From an uncultured Flavobacteriales bacterium (GTDB lineage: Bacteria > Bacteroidota > Bacteroidia > Flavobacteriales > Flavobacteriaceae): a stretch of DNA of 63,832 nt. Shown here piece after piece: positions 1 through 9,473 of the stretch. The translations under genes were made by a program, and so were the position numbers. The notes below the pieces were generated by a model. The model was not told the DNA's origin and made no database searches. It worked only from the letters and a program-made list of their open reading frames with translations. The stretch spans positions 1-63,832 of the forward strand of contig CAJWCT010000001.1 of the NCBI GenBank assembly GCA_913031385.1, in the 5' to 3' direction. Every line of letters starts with the position of its first letter. The first letter of the stretch is position 1.

Positions 1-2870
1 AGATTAGAGATAGACTAGCTGGGGGGAAAGGCTCTATACCAATGGCTGGGACAGCAGTATATATGACACCTTATTCTAGGTTTAATAAGTATTCATGGGA
101 GAAAAAAATTGTAAAACGCGATTGGTTGTATCAAAATCCTATAGACATCTTAATTAAAGCCTCTAATGGAGCTTCAGATTTTGGAAACAAATTTGGTCAA
201 CCTCTAATTTGTGGTTCCGTTTTAACTTTTGAACATCAAGAAAATAATGATATTCAAGGTTATGATAAAGTAATAATGTTAGCAGGGGGTATTGGGTATG
301 CAAAAGCAACTGATGCTATAAAAGAAAATCCAAAATTAGGTGATAGAATAATTGTAATGGGAGGTGAAAATTATAGAATTGGAATGGGTGGTGCTTCAGT
401 TTCCTCAGCTGATACAGGTGAATTCTCATCTGGAATAGAATTAAATGCTATTCAGAGATCAAATCCTGAAATGCAGAAAAGAGTTGCAAATGCAATTAGA
501 GGAGTTATTGAAAGTGAAGATAATTTTATTATTTCCATTCATGACCATGGAGCTGGAGGCCATCTAAATTGCCTAACAGAATTAGTAGAAAATTCTGGTG
601 GAATTATAAATATTGACAAACTACCAATTGGAGATTCAACATTGTCATTTAAAGAAATCATTGGAAATGAATCACAAGAAAGAATGGGATTGCTGGTAAA
701 TGAAAAGAAATTAGAAGTCCTTAAAAAAATATGTGAAAGAGAAAGAGCTCCTATATATGATGTTGGTCATGTTACAGATAATGGAAAATTTACTATTAAA
801 TCAGATAAAATAAGCACAAAAGCTGTTGATCTAAAACTTAAACATTTTTTTGGAAGCTCCCCTACTACTATAATTGAAGATGTCTCATTTCAAAAAAATT
901 ATAGTGAACTTAACTATAACTCAAATGATTTTTATATTCATCTAAAAGAGCTTTTTAAACTTGAAGCTGTTGGTTGCAAGGATTGGTTAACTAATAAAGT
1001 AGACAGATGTGTTGGAGGTAAAGTAGCTAAACAGCAATGTGTAGGGCAATTGCAATTACCACTGAATAATTGTGGCGTAATGGCTTTAGACTATAATGGA
1101 AACAATGGAATTGCAACATCAATTGGACATTCACCCATATCAGGGCTAATCGACCCTATTGCGGGGAGTAGAAACAGTGTTACAGAAGCATTAACTAATA
1201 TAATTTGGGCCCCATTAAAAGATAATATTGAAGGAGTATCATTATCAGCAAATTGGATGTGGCCATGTAAAAATAAAGGTGAAGACAGCAGATTATATGA
1301 AGCTGTTTCGACAATATCAGAATTTGCAATTGAACTGGGGATAAATATTCCAACAGGAAAAGATTCACTTTCTATGACTCAAAAATACAATGACAGAGAA
1401 GTTTCAGCTCCTGGAACTGTAATCATTAGTGCAGTGGCACATTGTAATGATATAACTAGAGTTGTTGAGCCAGTTTTTAATTCCAGATTTGGTAATATAT
1501 ACTATATTAATGTGTCCTGTGATGATTATAAGTTAGGAGGAAGTTCATTTGCACAAATATTGGGAGAAATCGGCAAAAAAACTCCAACTACAAAAGATTC
1601 AAATTTTGTAGTAAATGTATTCAATACTATTCAAGGCCTTATTAGAAAAGACTTAATTATTGCTGGTCATGATGTAGGTTCAGGTGGTTTAATAACTACT
1701 ATTATGGAGATGTGCTTTGCAGATAATAATATTGCTGCAAATATTGATCTTACAACAATAGGTGAAAGAGATTCAATAAAGTTGCTTTTTTCAGAAAACC
1801 CTGGTATAGTTGTTCAGTCAAAAGATGAGTCAATAGAAAAAATTTTAAATAATAAAGGAATTGATTATTACAAAATTGGTAGCGTAACTACAGAAAAAAA
1901 TTTATTACTTAAAAATCATTCCGACTCATATGAAATAAATATACAAGAATACAGAGATTATTGGTTTAAAACTTCAATGCTTCTTGATAAAAAACAAACT
2001 GCTAATAATCTTTCAGAAATAAGATATACTAATTATAAAAAACAACCATTAAATTTTAAATTTCCAACAGGTTTTTCAGGGGACAAGCCAATAGCTCTTA
2101 AAACGGAATACCGACCAAAAGCTGCTGTAATAAGAGAGAAAGGGAGCAATAGTGAACGCGAATTAGCTAATGCATTATTTTTAGCAGGTTTCCAAGTTAA
2201 AGATGTTCATATGACTGATCTCATTACGGGAAGAGAAAATTTAGAAGATGTACAATTTATAGGAACAGTCGGAGGCTTTTCTAACTCTGATGTTTTAGGA
2301 TCTGCAAAAGGTTGGGCAGGAGCATTTTTATACAATGAAAAAGCAAAGGAATCAATTAATAATTTTATTTCTAGAAAAGACACTTTATCAATTGGTGTAT
2401 GTAATGGCTGCCAACTTTTTATGGAATTAGAAGTTGTTAATCCAGATCATGAGATCCATGGAAAAATGACTTTTAATGATTCAAATAAGCACGAAAGTGG
2501 ATTTACCTCTGTAAATATTCAAAAAAATAATTCAATAATGATGTCATCATTAGAGAATTGTAATTTAGGTGTATGGATAAGTCATGGTGAGGGAAAATTT
2601 AACCTGCCCTATTCTGAAGATAAATACAATATAATTGCTAAATACACCTATGAAAGCTATCCATCAAATCCTAATGGCTCAGATTTTAATATTGCTATGA
2701 TGTCTAGTTCTGATGGAAGACATCTCGTGACAATGCCACATATTGAAAGATCTATTTTTCAATGGAACTGGGCATATTATATAAGAGGGAGAAATGATGA
2801 AGTTTCTCCATGGATTCAGGCCTTTATTAATGCTAGAGATTGGATTACAAGTTATAATTCAAAAAAATAA
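1..2870 (+). CDS. purL: Phosphoribosylformylglycinamidine synthase, single-chain form, 5'-truncated by window edge
   Basis: The frame is open from nt 3, with no stop before the track ATG at 42. Motifs DHGAGGH and GHDVGSGG are present. The C-terminal glutamine amidotransferase carries GVCNGCQ and SHGEG. About 940 aa are visible of a family that is ~1200 aa. Confidence 0.95.
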   Translation, partial: IRDRLAGGKGSIPMAGTAVYMTPYSRFNKYSWEKKIVKRDWLYQNPIDILIKASNGASDFGNKFGQPLICGSVLTFEHQENNDIQGYDKVIMLAGGIGYAKATDAIKENPKLGDRIIVMGGENYRIGMGGASVSSADTGEFSSGIELNAIQRSNPEMQKRVANAIRGVIESEDNFIISIHDHGAGGHLNCLTELVENSGGIINIDKLPIGDSTLSFKEIIGNESQERMGLLVNEKKLEVLKKICERERAPIYDVGHVTDNGKFTIKSDKISTKAVDLKLKHFFGSSPTTIIEDVSFQKNYSELNYNSNDFYIHLKELFKLEAVGCKDWLTNKVDRCVGGKVAKQQCVGQLQLPLNNCGVMALDYNGNNGIATSIGHSPISGLIDPIAGSRNSVTEALTNIIWAPLKDNIEGVSLSANWMWPCKNKGEDSRLYEAVSTISEFAIELGINIPTGKDSLSMTQKYNDREVSAPGTVIISAVAHCNDITRVVEPVFNSRFGNIYYINVSCDDYKLGGSSFAQILGEIGKKTPTTKDSNFVVNVFNTIQGLIRKDLIIAGHDVGSGGLITTIMEMCFADNNIAANIDLTTIGERDSIKLLFSENPGIVVQSKDESIEKILNNKGIDYYKIGSVTTEKNLLLKNHSDSYEINIQEYRDYWFKTSMLLDKKQTANNLSEIRYTNYKKQPLNFKFPTGFSGDKPIALKTEYRPKAAVIREKGSNSERELANALFLAGFQVKDVHMTDLITGRENLEDVQFIGTVGGFSNSDVLGSAKGWAGAFLYNEKAKESINNFISRKDTLSIGVCNGCQLFMELEVVNPDHEIHGKMTFNDSNKHESGFTSVNIQKNNSIMMSSLENCNLGVWISHGEGKFNLPYSEDKYNIIAKYTYESYPSNPNGSDFNIAMMSSSDGRHLVTMPHIERSIFQWNWAYYIRGRNDEVSPWIQAFINARDWITSYNSKK

Positions 2871-2891
2871 TGGAATAATCTTTGATTATAA

Positions 2892-2899
2892 TATATTTG
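2892..2899 (+). promoter_or_regulatory. Candidate Bacteroidetes -7 promoter box (TATATTTG = TAnnTTTG)
   Basis: Exact TAnnTTTG match 17 nt upstream of the ATG at 2917. This supports 2917 as the true start of the peptidase gene. Confidence 0.3.
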
Positions 2900-2916
2900 T
2901 AATCGATAAAAATAAC

Positions 2917-5340
2917 ATGAAAAGGGTAGTATTTCTATTAATTTTGGTTCTTCAATTTAGCTTTGCTAATTCACAAGAAAATGAATTATTTCATAGAGTT
3001 AAAATAAATTACAATTCATCAGAAAATTTTGAAAAACTACTAAATTCTGGTATTGCATTAGATCATGGAATTCATAAGAGAAATGATTACTTTGAATCTG
3101 ATTTCTCTGAATCTGAAATACAAATAATAGAAAATTTCAACATTGATTATCAGATTATAATTTATGATGTAATCTCTTATTATAAGAATAGAAATAATCC
3201 AGATCATAAAGATTATGTATCTAAATCAAATTCTAAAAATATTACATGTGATGAGTCAAACACAAATAATTATGAAACTCCTGTGAATTTTGATATTAAA
3301 GATGGCAATGATTTTGGAGGGTTCTATACTTATAGCGAAATGTTAGATGAATTAGATCAGATGCATCAACTATATCCCAATCTTATTTCTGCAAGATCAG
3401 ATATTAAAGATCCTACTACAGATGAAAACCCGCATATGCATGAAACATATGAGGGAAGATTTCTTCAGTGGGTTAAAATTTCAGATAATCCAAATGACAA
3501 TGAAAATGAGCCTCAAATTCTATATACTGCAATACACCATGCAAGAGAACCTGGATCATTACAACAATTAATTTTCTACATGTGGTATCTTCTTGAAAAC
3601 TACGATCAGGATGACGTAATTAAGGAAATACTGGATAACACAGAACTATATTTTGTTCCTTGTGTGAATCCTGACGGGTACATCTATAATGAAACTAATA
3701 ATCCTGAAGGTGGTGGTATGTGGAGAAAAAATAGATATAATAACCATGGTGTTGATAATAATAGGAACTATTCATATATAGATGATAATGGAAATGAAGT
3801 TTGGAATACATCAGGAACATCTGGCAATGAAAATGGAAGCACTTACGCTGGTGATGGCCCTTTTTCAGAACCTGAAAATAAAGCTATAAGATATTTTGTA
3901 GAAAATCATGATTTTGTCATTGCTTTGAATAATCATACTTACAGCAATCTCCTACTCTACCCTTATGGATATGACTATGATCAATATACTGAAGACAATG
4001 ATGTTTTTGAATTTATTTCTGAAGAACTAGTTAAAGAAAATGGATATGATAACATTATTAGCGCAGATCTTTATCCAGCTGCTGGTGATAGTGATGATTT
4101 TATGTATGGAATGTTAGAAACAGAATTAGGAGGAACTAGAAACAAAATATTTGCTATGACACCCGAAATTGGATCTTCCTTTTGGCCTGCAGCAGCTACT
4201 ATTGAAGATCTTTGTAAAGAGATGATGTATCTTAATTTAACAGCAGCTCAAATGGTAAATAACTATGCCGTCCTAAAAGATATAACAACTTCAAATTTTA
4301 TTAGCTCTTCATCTTATTCAGCTAGTTATGAAATCCAAAGACTTGGAATAGGTGGCCAAGGAGATTTTGACGTTTCATTTACACCTATATCTGATAATAT
4401 TATATCTGGAACAAATACTAATAATCATAATCAAATGAGCTTAGGAGGAGTCATCGAAGATGATTTTACAATTGAGTTAAGTAGTGAAATTCAAGATGGA
4501 GATCAAGTTTCCTATATGTTGGTTCTCAATAATGGATTCTTTAACAAAGAATATATTATAAATAAAATTTATGGTGACCCAACAATTGTTTTTGAAGATG
4601 AAAGCAGTATGATTCAAGACTATTGGGAATCTGATTCATGGAATATAACATATGAAGACTACACCTCTCCAGACACATCGATAACAGATTCCCCAAATGG
4701 GAATTACAGCAATAATGAATATTCTGTAATTGAATTATCAAATTCAATAAATCTATCAGAAGCTTTATATGCAGAATTAAGCTTTAATGCAAAATGGCAT
4801 ACGGAAAGTGGTTATGACTATGTTCAAGTAGAAATTTCAGTGGATAATGGTCAAAGCTGGACTCCCCAGTGCGGTAAATACACTAAAACTGGAAGTGACA
4901 ATCATGAAAATGCAATGGATGAGCCTTTATATGATGGTCTTCAAGAATCATGGGTTAATGAAACTATATCCTTATCTGACTATCTGAATAATGAAATTCT
5001 AATTAGATTTAAATTAGTCTCAGATAATTCCCAAAGAAGAGATGGTTTTTATTTTGATGATCTAAAAGTAAAAATTCTTAGTAATAATTTAGATTTAAGC
5101 ATTATTGAGTTAGATAATATAAATGTATATCCCAATCCAGTTACTGACAGATTTTATATAAATACAAATCTAATTAATTATAATATTTCTATTTATAATA
5201 TACTTGGTAAACAGATTTTTAGAACCATCGGTAACAGCGGTAATACTACAATCAACTTATCTTTATTACCTCATGGAGTTTTCTTACTTAAACTCAATAA
5301 TGGAAAAAAAATTAAAACTTTTAAGATAATTAAAAATTAA
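2917..5340 (+). CDS. Secreted M14 zinc carboxypeptidase with C-terminal beta-sandwich (MAM/M6-like) region and T9SS sorting domain
   Basis: Signal peptide MKRVVFLLILVLQFSFANSQ begins at an internal ATG (track ORF residue 42). The M14 HxxE motif is present (IHHAREPG). The C-terminus VYPNPVTDRFYINT...FLLKLNNGKKIKTFKIIKN is typical of T9SS CTDs. The track start at 2794 overlaps purL and is rejected. Confidence 0.85.
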   Translation: MKRVVFLLILVLQFSFANSQENELFHRVKINYNSSENFEKLLNSGIALDHGIHKRNDYFESDFSESEIQIIENFNIDYQIIIYDVISYYKNRNNPDHKDYVSKSNSKNITCDESNTNNYETPVNFDIKDGNDFGGFYTYSEMLDELDQMHQLYPNLISARSDIKDPTTDENPHMHETYEGRFLQWVKISDNPNDNENEPQILYTAIHHAREPGSLQQLIFYMWYLLENYDQDDVIKEILDNTELYFVPCVNPDGYIYNETNNPEGGGMWRKNRYNNHGVDNNRNYSYIDDNGNEVWNTSGTSGNENGSTYAGDGPFSEPENKAIRYFVENHDFVIALNNHTYSNLLLYPYGYDYDQYTEDNDVFEFISEELVKENGYDNIISADLYPAAGDSDDFMYGMLETELGGTRNKIFAMTPEIGSSFWPAAATIEDLCKEMMYLNLTAAQMVNNYAVLKDITTSNFISSSSYSASYEIQRLGIGGQGDFDVSFTPISDNIISGTNTNNHNQMSLGGVIEDDFTIELSSEIQDGDQVSYMLVLNNGFFNKEYIINKIYGDPTIVFEDESSMIQDYWESDSWNITYEDYTSPDTSITDSPNGNYSNNEYSVIELSNSINLSEALYAELSFNAKWHTESGYDYVQVEISVDNGQSWTPQCGKYTKTGSDNHENAMDEPLYDGLQESWVNETISLSDYLNNEILIRFKLVSDNSQRRDGFYFDDLKVKILSNNLDLSIIELDNINVYPNPVTDRFYINTNLINYNISIYNILGKQIFRTIGNSGNTTINLSLLPHGVFLLKLNNGKKIKTFKIIKN

Positions 5341-5403
5341 TTTTGAACTATACAATGCGTGCATAGTAATTAATTTATTATATTGTCTTTATAATTTTAA
5401 AAA

Positions 5404-5850
5404 ATGAAAGACAATAAAACTAGACTTGATCTTATTGATTATAATCTTAGAACTTCATGGCAGTCTGTTAAGAAAATGTATCATGAAGAAGCTGTTAAAT
5501 ATGGAGTAACATATGCAATTGGCTTTGCTCTCTTAAGTATTGATCCAAAAAAAGGAACTTCATCGACATCAATAGGACCCATTATGGGGCTTGAAGCAAA
5601 CAGTCTGTCTAGGTTATTAAAAACAATGGAGATAAATAAATTGATATACCGAAAACCTAATCCTCATGATGGAAGAGGAGTTATAATTTTTCTTACAAAA
5701 GAAGGTTTAAAAAAAAGAGATATTACAAAAAATAAAGTAATAAAATTTAATAAACTAATTAAAGATAATATTACAAAAAAAGATTTCACTATATTTTTGA
5801 ATACTAATAATGCTATCAAAAATTTAATTTCTGAAAATACCATGTTTTAA
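5404..5850 (+). CDS. MarR-family transcriptional regulator
   Basis: 148 aa with a winged-helix region (LSRLLKTMEINKLIYRKPNPHDGRGVIIFLTKEG). It lies immediately upstream of the fatty-acid oxidation genes. Confidence 0.8.
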   Translation: MKDNKTRLDLIDYNLRTSWQSVKKMYHEEAVKYGVTYAIGFALLSIDPKKGTSSTSIGPIMGLEANSLSRLLKTMEINKLIYRKPNPHDGRGVIIFLTKEGLKKRDITKNKVIKFNKLIKDNITKKDFTIFLNTNNAIKNLISENTMF

Positions 5851-5864
5851 AAACAAAAAAATAA

Positions 5865-8270
5865 ATGAATAGAAAAATTAATAAAGTAGCTGTTATTGGT
5901 TCTGGAATTATGGGAAGTGGTATTGCATGTCATTTTGCCAATATTGGTATAGAGGTATTATTATTAGATATAGTGCCAAATAAACTTTCAGATGTAGAAA
6001 TTAAAAAAAATCTTAGTCTAGAGGATAAAACCGTTAGAAATAGAATTGTTACTGAATCACTAGCGAAAGCAATAAAATCAAAACCCTCTCCCCTATATCA
6101 TAAGAATTTTAAAAATAGAATAGCAACTGGAAATTTGACTGATGATCTAGAAAAAATATCTGATTCTGACTGGATTATTGAAGTAGTAATTGAAAATCTT
6201 GAAATTAAAAACCAAGTTTTTAAAGAAATTGAAAAATATAGAAAAGATGGTACTATTATTACCTCAAATACTTCTGGAATTCCTATAAAATTCATGAGCA
6301 GCGATCGATCTGAAGATTTTCAACAACATTTTGCTGTTACTCATTTTTTTAATCCCCCTAGATATTTAAAATTATTTGAAATTGTGCCTGGTCCAAATTG
6401 CAAGGATGAAGTTGTAGAATTTCTCAATATGTTTGGAGAAAAATTCTTAGGTAAAACATCAGTTTTAGCTAAGGATACACCTGGATTTATTGGAAATAGA
6501 ATAGGTAATTTTGGCATACAAGATCTTTTCCATAATATGAAAGAATTAGATATTTCAATAGAAGATCTAGATACTTTAACTGGTCCACTTATTGGAAGGC
6601 CTAAATCTGCAACTTTTAGAACCGCGGATCTTGTTGGAATTGACACTTTATCTAGAGTAAGTAATGGAATATATGAAAATTGCCCTGATGATGAATGTAG
6701 AGATGTATTTGTAGTTCCAGATTTTATAAAAGACATGCTAGAAAAAAATTGGCTTGGTGATAAAACAGGTCAAGGTTTCTATAAAAAAACAAGAGATAAA
6801 AATGGAAAAAGGGAGATTCTTGTTCTAGATTTTGAATCAATGGAATATAGAAAAATGAATAAAACAAAATTTGATATTGTTGGCAAGGCTAAAAAAATAG
6901 AAAATACAATAGATAGGTTTAAAGTATTAATTGATGGAGATGATAAAGTAAGTGAATTTTATAGAAAAACATTAGCTGGAATGTTTTCATATGCTCAAAA
7001 TAGAATTCCAGAAATATCAGACAATACATATAGTGTTGATGATGCTGTAAAAGCAGGTTTTGGATGGGAAAATGGTCCATTTGAAGTATGGGATTCTATT
7101 GGTATTCAACAAGGAATTGATCTGATGAAATCCTACAATAAAAAACCCGCAAAATGGATAGAAGAATTAGTGCTTTCAGAAACTAAAAGCTTCTACTCTA
7201 TTACTAATGGATACGCTTATTATTATGATATATCTGAAAAAAAACATCTGATTAAACCTGGTCAAGAATCATTTATAATTCTAGATAATATTAGAAAAAC
7301 TAATCTTGTTTGGGAGAATGAAGAATTTGTTGTAGAAGATTTAGGTGATGGTATTCTAAATGCTGAATTTAGGTCTAAAATGAATTCAATAGGAGAAAAT
7401 GTTCTATTAGGTCTAGATAAAGCAATTGATATAGCTGAGGAGAATTTCCAAGGACTTGTTATTGGAAATCAAGCAGCTAATTTTTCTGCTGGTGCAAATC
7501 TATCAATGATCCTTATGGCTGCAGCAGAACAAGAATATGATCAAATAAATTCTACTATCAAAAAATTTCAAGATATAGTGATGCGCTTACGCTACTGTAA
7601 TATTCCCACAATTGCATCAGTTCAGGGAATGACACTTGCAGGTGGGTGTGAAGTCGCAATGCACTGTGATAAAATAGTTGCAAATGCTGAAACCTATACA
7701 GGTCTAGTAGAAGTTGGTGTTGGAATAATTCCTGCTGGTGGCGGAACAAAAGAAATGACATTAAGAGCTTCTAATAAGTATAATAAAAATGATGTAGAAT
7801 TAAATATTCTCCAGGAGCATTTTCTAACAATTGGAATGGCTAAAGTATCTACATCTGCATATGAGGCTCATGACTTAGGAATATTAATTAAGGGTAAGGA
7901 TATAATTGTAATGAATAATAAAAGTCAAATTGCAATAGCAAAAAGTCATGCAAAAATTATGGCTGAAACAGGATATATCCCGCCTTTAAGAGAAAGAAAT
8001 ATAAAAGTGCTTGGGAAGCAAGCATTAGGAATGTTTCTTGTTGGAACCCATTCAATGAAATCGGCAAATTATATAAGTGAGTTTGATAAAAAAATTGCTA
8101 ATAAATTAGCGTATGTTATGTCAGGAGGGGATTTATCAGAATCTACAATGGTATCTGAACAATATCTCTTAGAACTTGAAAGAGAAGCATTCCTTAGTCT
8201 TTGTGGAGAAAGAAAAACATTAGAAAGAATTCAACATATGTTAACTAAGGGTAAACCCTTAAGAAATTGA
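5865..8270 (+). CDS. Bifunctional 3-hydroxyacyl-CoA dehydrogenase / enoyl-CoA hydratase (FadN-type domain order)
   Basis: N-terminal Rossmann motif VAVIGSGIMGSGIA. C-terminal crotonase-fold region (AANFSAGANL, LAGGCEVAMHCD). 801 aa. Confidence 0.9.
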   Translation: MNRKINKVAVIGSGIMGSGIACHFANIGIEVLLLDIVPNKLSDVEIKKNLSLEDKTVRNRIVTESLAKAIKSKPSPLYHKNFKNRIATGNLTDDLEKISDSDWIIEVVIENLEIKNQVFKEIEKYRKDGTIITSNTSGIPIKFMSSDRSEDFQQHFAVTHFFNPPRYLKLFEIVPGPNCKDEVVEFLNMFGEKFLGKTSVLAKDTPGFIGNRIGNFGIQDLFHNMKELDISIEDLDTLTGPLIGRPKSATFRTADLVGIDTLSRVSNGIYENCPDDECRDVFVVPDFIKDMLEKNWLGDKTGQGFYKKTRDKNGKREILVLDFESMEYRKMNKTKFDIVGKAKKIENTIDRFKVLIDGDDKVSEFYRKTLAGMFSYAQNRIPEISDNTYSVDDAVKAGFGWENGPFEVWDSIGIQQGIDLMKSYNKKPAKWIEELVLSETKSFYSITNGYAYYYDISEKKHLIKPGQESFIILDNIRKTNLVWENEEFVVEDLGDGILNAEFRSKMNSIGENVLLGLDKAIDIAEENFQGLVIGNQAANFSAGANLSMILMAAAEQEYDQINSTIKKFQDIVMRLRYCNIPTIASVQGMTLAGGCEVAMHCDKIVANAETYTGLVEVGVGIIPAGGGTKEMTLRASNKYNKNDVELNILQEHFLTIGMAKVSTSAYEAHDLGILIKGKDIIVMNNKSQIAIAKSHAKIMAETGYIPPLRERNIKVLGKQALGMFLVGTHSMKSANYISEFDKKIANKLAYVMSGGDLSESTMVSEQYLLELEREAFLSLCGERKTLERIQHMLTKGKPLRN

Positions 8271-8277
8271 TACAAAT

Positions 8278-9468
8278 ATGAATACAGCATACATTATTTC
8301 AGCGTACAGAACTGCAGTTGGTAAAGCACCCAGAGGACTTCTTAGATTTAAGAGGCCAGATGAATTAGCTGCAGAGACCATTGAATATATGGTAAATAAA
8401 ATTCCTGCTCTTGATAAATCTAGGATTGATGATGTAATTGTTGGTAATGCAACCCCTGAAGCAGAACAAGGATTAAATATTGCTAGATTGATCTCATTGA
8501 TGGGTTTAAAAACAGATGATGTTGCTGGAGTTACTGTAAATAGATACTGTGCTTCTGGTCTTGAAACTATAGCAATGGCAACAGCTAAGATTCAATCAGG
8601 GATGTCAAACTGTATTATAGCAGGTGGAGTTGAAAGCATGAGTTTAATACCAATGGGAGGATACAAACCTATTCCAGATTATAAAATAGTAAGTCAAGGA
8701 AAAGAAGATTATTATTGGGGAATGGGGTTAACTGCAGAAGCAGTTGCTAAGCAATATAAGATACCTAGGGAAGATCAAGATGAGTTTTCTTATAATTCTC
8801 ATATGAAAGCATTAAAGGCTCAAAAAGAAGGAAAATTTGATGATCAGATTGTGCCAATTGATATAAATCACACATATGTTGACGAGAATAATAATAAGTG
8901 TACAAACAAGTATACTGTTACAAAAGATGAAGGCCCTAGAGAAGGAACCAATACTGATGTTCTTAATAAATTAAGGCCTGTTTTTTCAAATAAAGGTAGT
9001 GTGACTGCTGGAAATTCTTCTCAAATGAGTGATGGGGCTGCATTTACCCTTATCATGAGTGAAGCTATGGTAAATGAACTTAATTTGAAACCTATTGCAA
9101 GAATGGTTAATTATGCTGTAGCTGGAGTAGAACCACGAATTATGGGGATAGGACCTGTAAAAGCTGTACCCAAAGTATTAAAACAATCTGGATTAAATCT
9201 AAATGATATATCTCTTATAGAATTAAATGAAGCATTTGCTTGTCAGTCATTAGCTGTAATTAATGAATTAGATTTAGATAAAGAAATAATTAACGTAAAT
9301 GGTGGAGCAATTTCATTAGGTCATCCATTAGGATGCACGGGAGCAAAATTAAGTGTACAGCTGTTTGATGAAATGAGAAAAAGAAGTCTAAACAATAAGT
9401 ACGGTCTAGTAACTATGTGTGTTGGGACAGGACAAGGTGCTGCTGGAATTTTTGAATTTATAAAATAA
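8278..9468 (+). CDS. fadA: Acetyl-CoA C-acyltransferase (3-ketoacyl-CoA thiolase)
   Basis: Thiolase active-site regions [18 protein letters not shown] and CVGTGQG. 396 aa. Confidence 0.93.
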   Translation: MNTAYIISAYRTAVGKAPRGLLRFKRPDELAAETIEYMVNKIPALDKSRIDDVIVGNATPEAEQGLNIARLISLMGLKTDDVAGVTVNRYCASGLETIAMATAKIQSGMSNCIIAGGVESMSLIPMGGYKPIPDYKIVSQGKEDYYWGMGLTAEAVAKQYKIPREDQDEFSYNSHMKALKAQKEGKFDDQIVPIDINHTYVDENNNKCTNKYTVTKDEGPREGTNTDVLNKLRPVFSNKGSVTAGNSSQMSDGAAFTLIMSEAMVNELNLKPIARMVNYAVAGVEPRIMGIGPVKAVPKVLKQSGLNLNDISLIELNEAFACQSLAVINELDLDKEIINVNGGAISLGHPLGCTGAKLSVQLFDEMRKRSLNNKYGLVTMCVGTGQGAAGIFEFIK

Positions 9469-9473
9469 TAATT

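Noticed and set aside
2794-2916. The track's 5' extension of the M14 peptidase ORF, which overlaps the purL 3' end by 77 nt.
   Set aside because: A textbook signal peptide begins at the internal ATG 2917, a -7 box lies at 2892-2899, and the extension has no similarity to anything. Similar track extensions were trimmed for yidC (52599-52712), the EEP gene (24569-24610), the DUF4442-like gene (13237-13272) and pepD (35548-35568).
6341-6736. A 131-aa ORF antisense to the fadN-type gene, plus a 65-aa one at 6098-6295.
   Set aside because: The reasoning is the same as for the purA shadow ORF: both are fully nested antisense to a well-supported CDS with no independent coding evidence.
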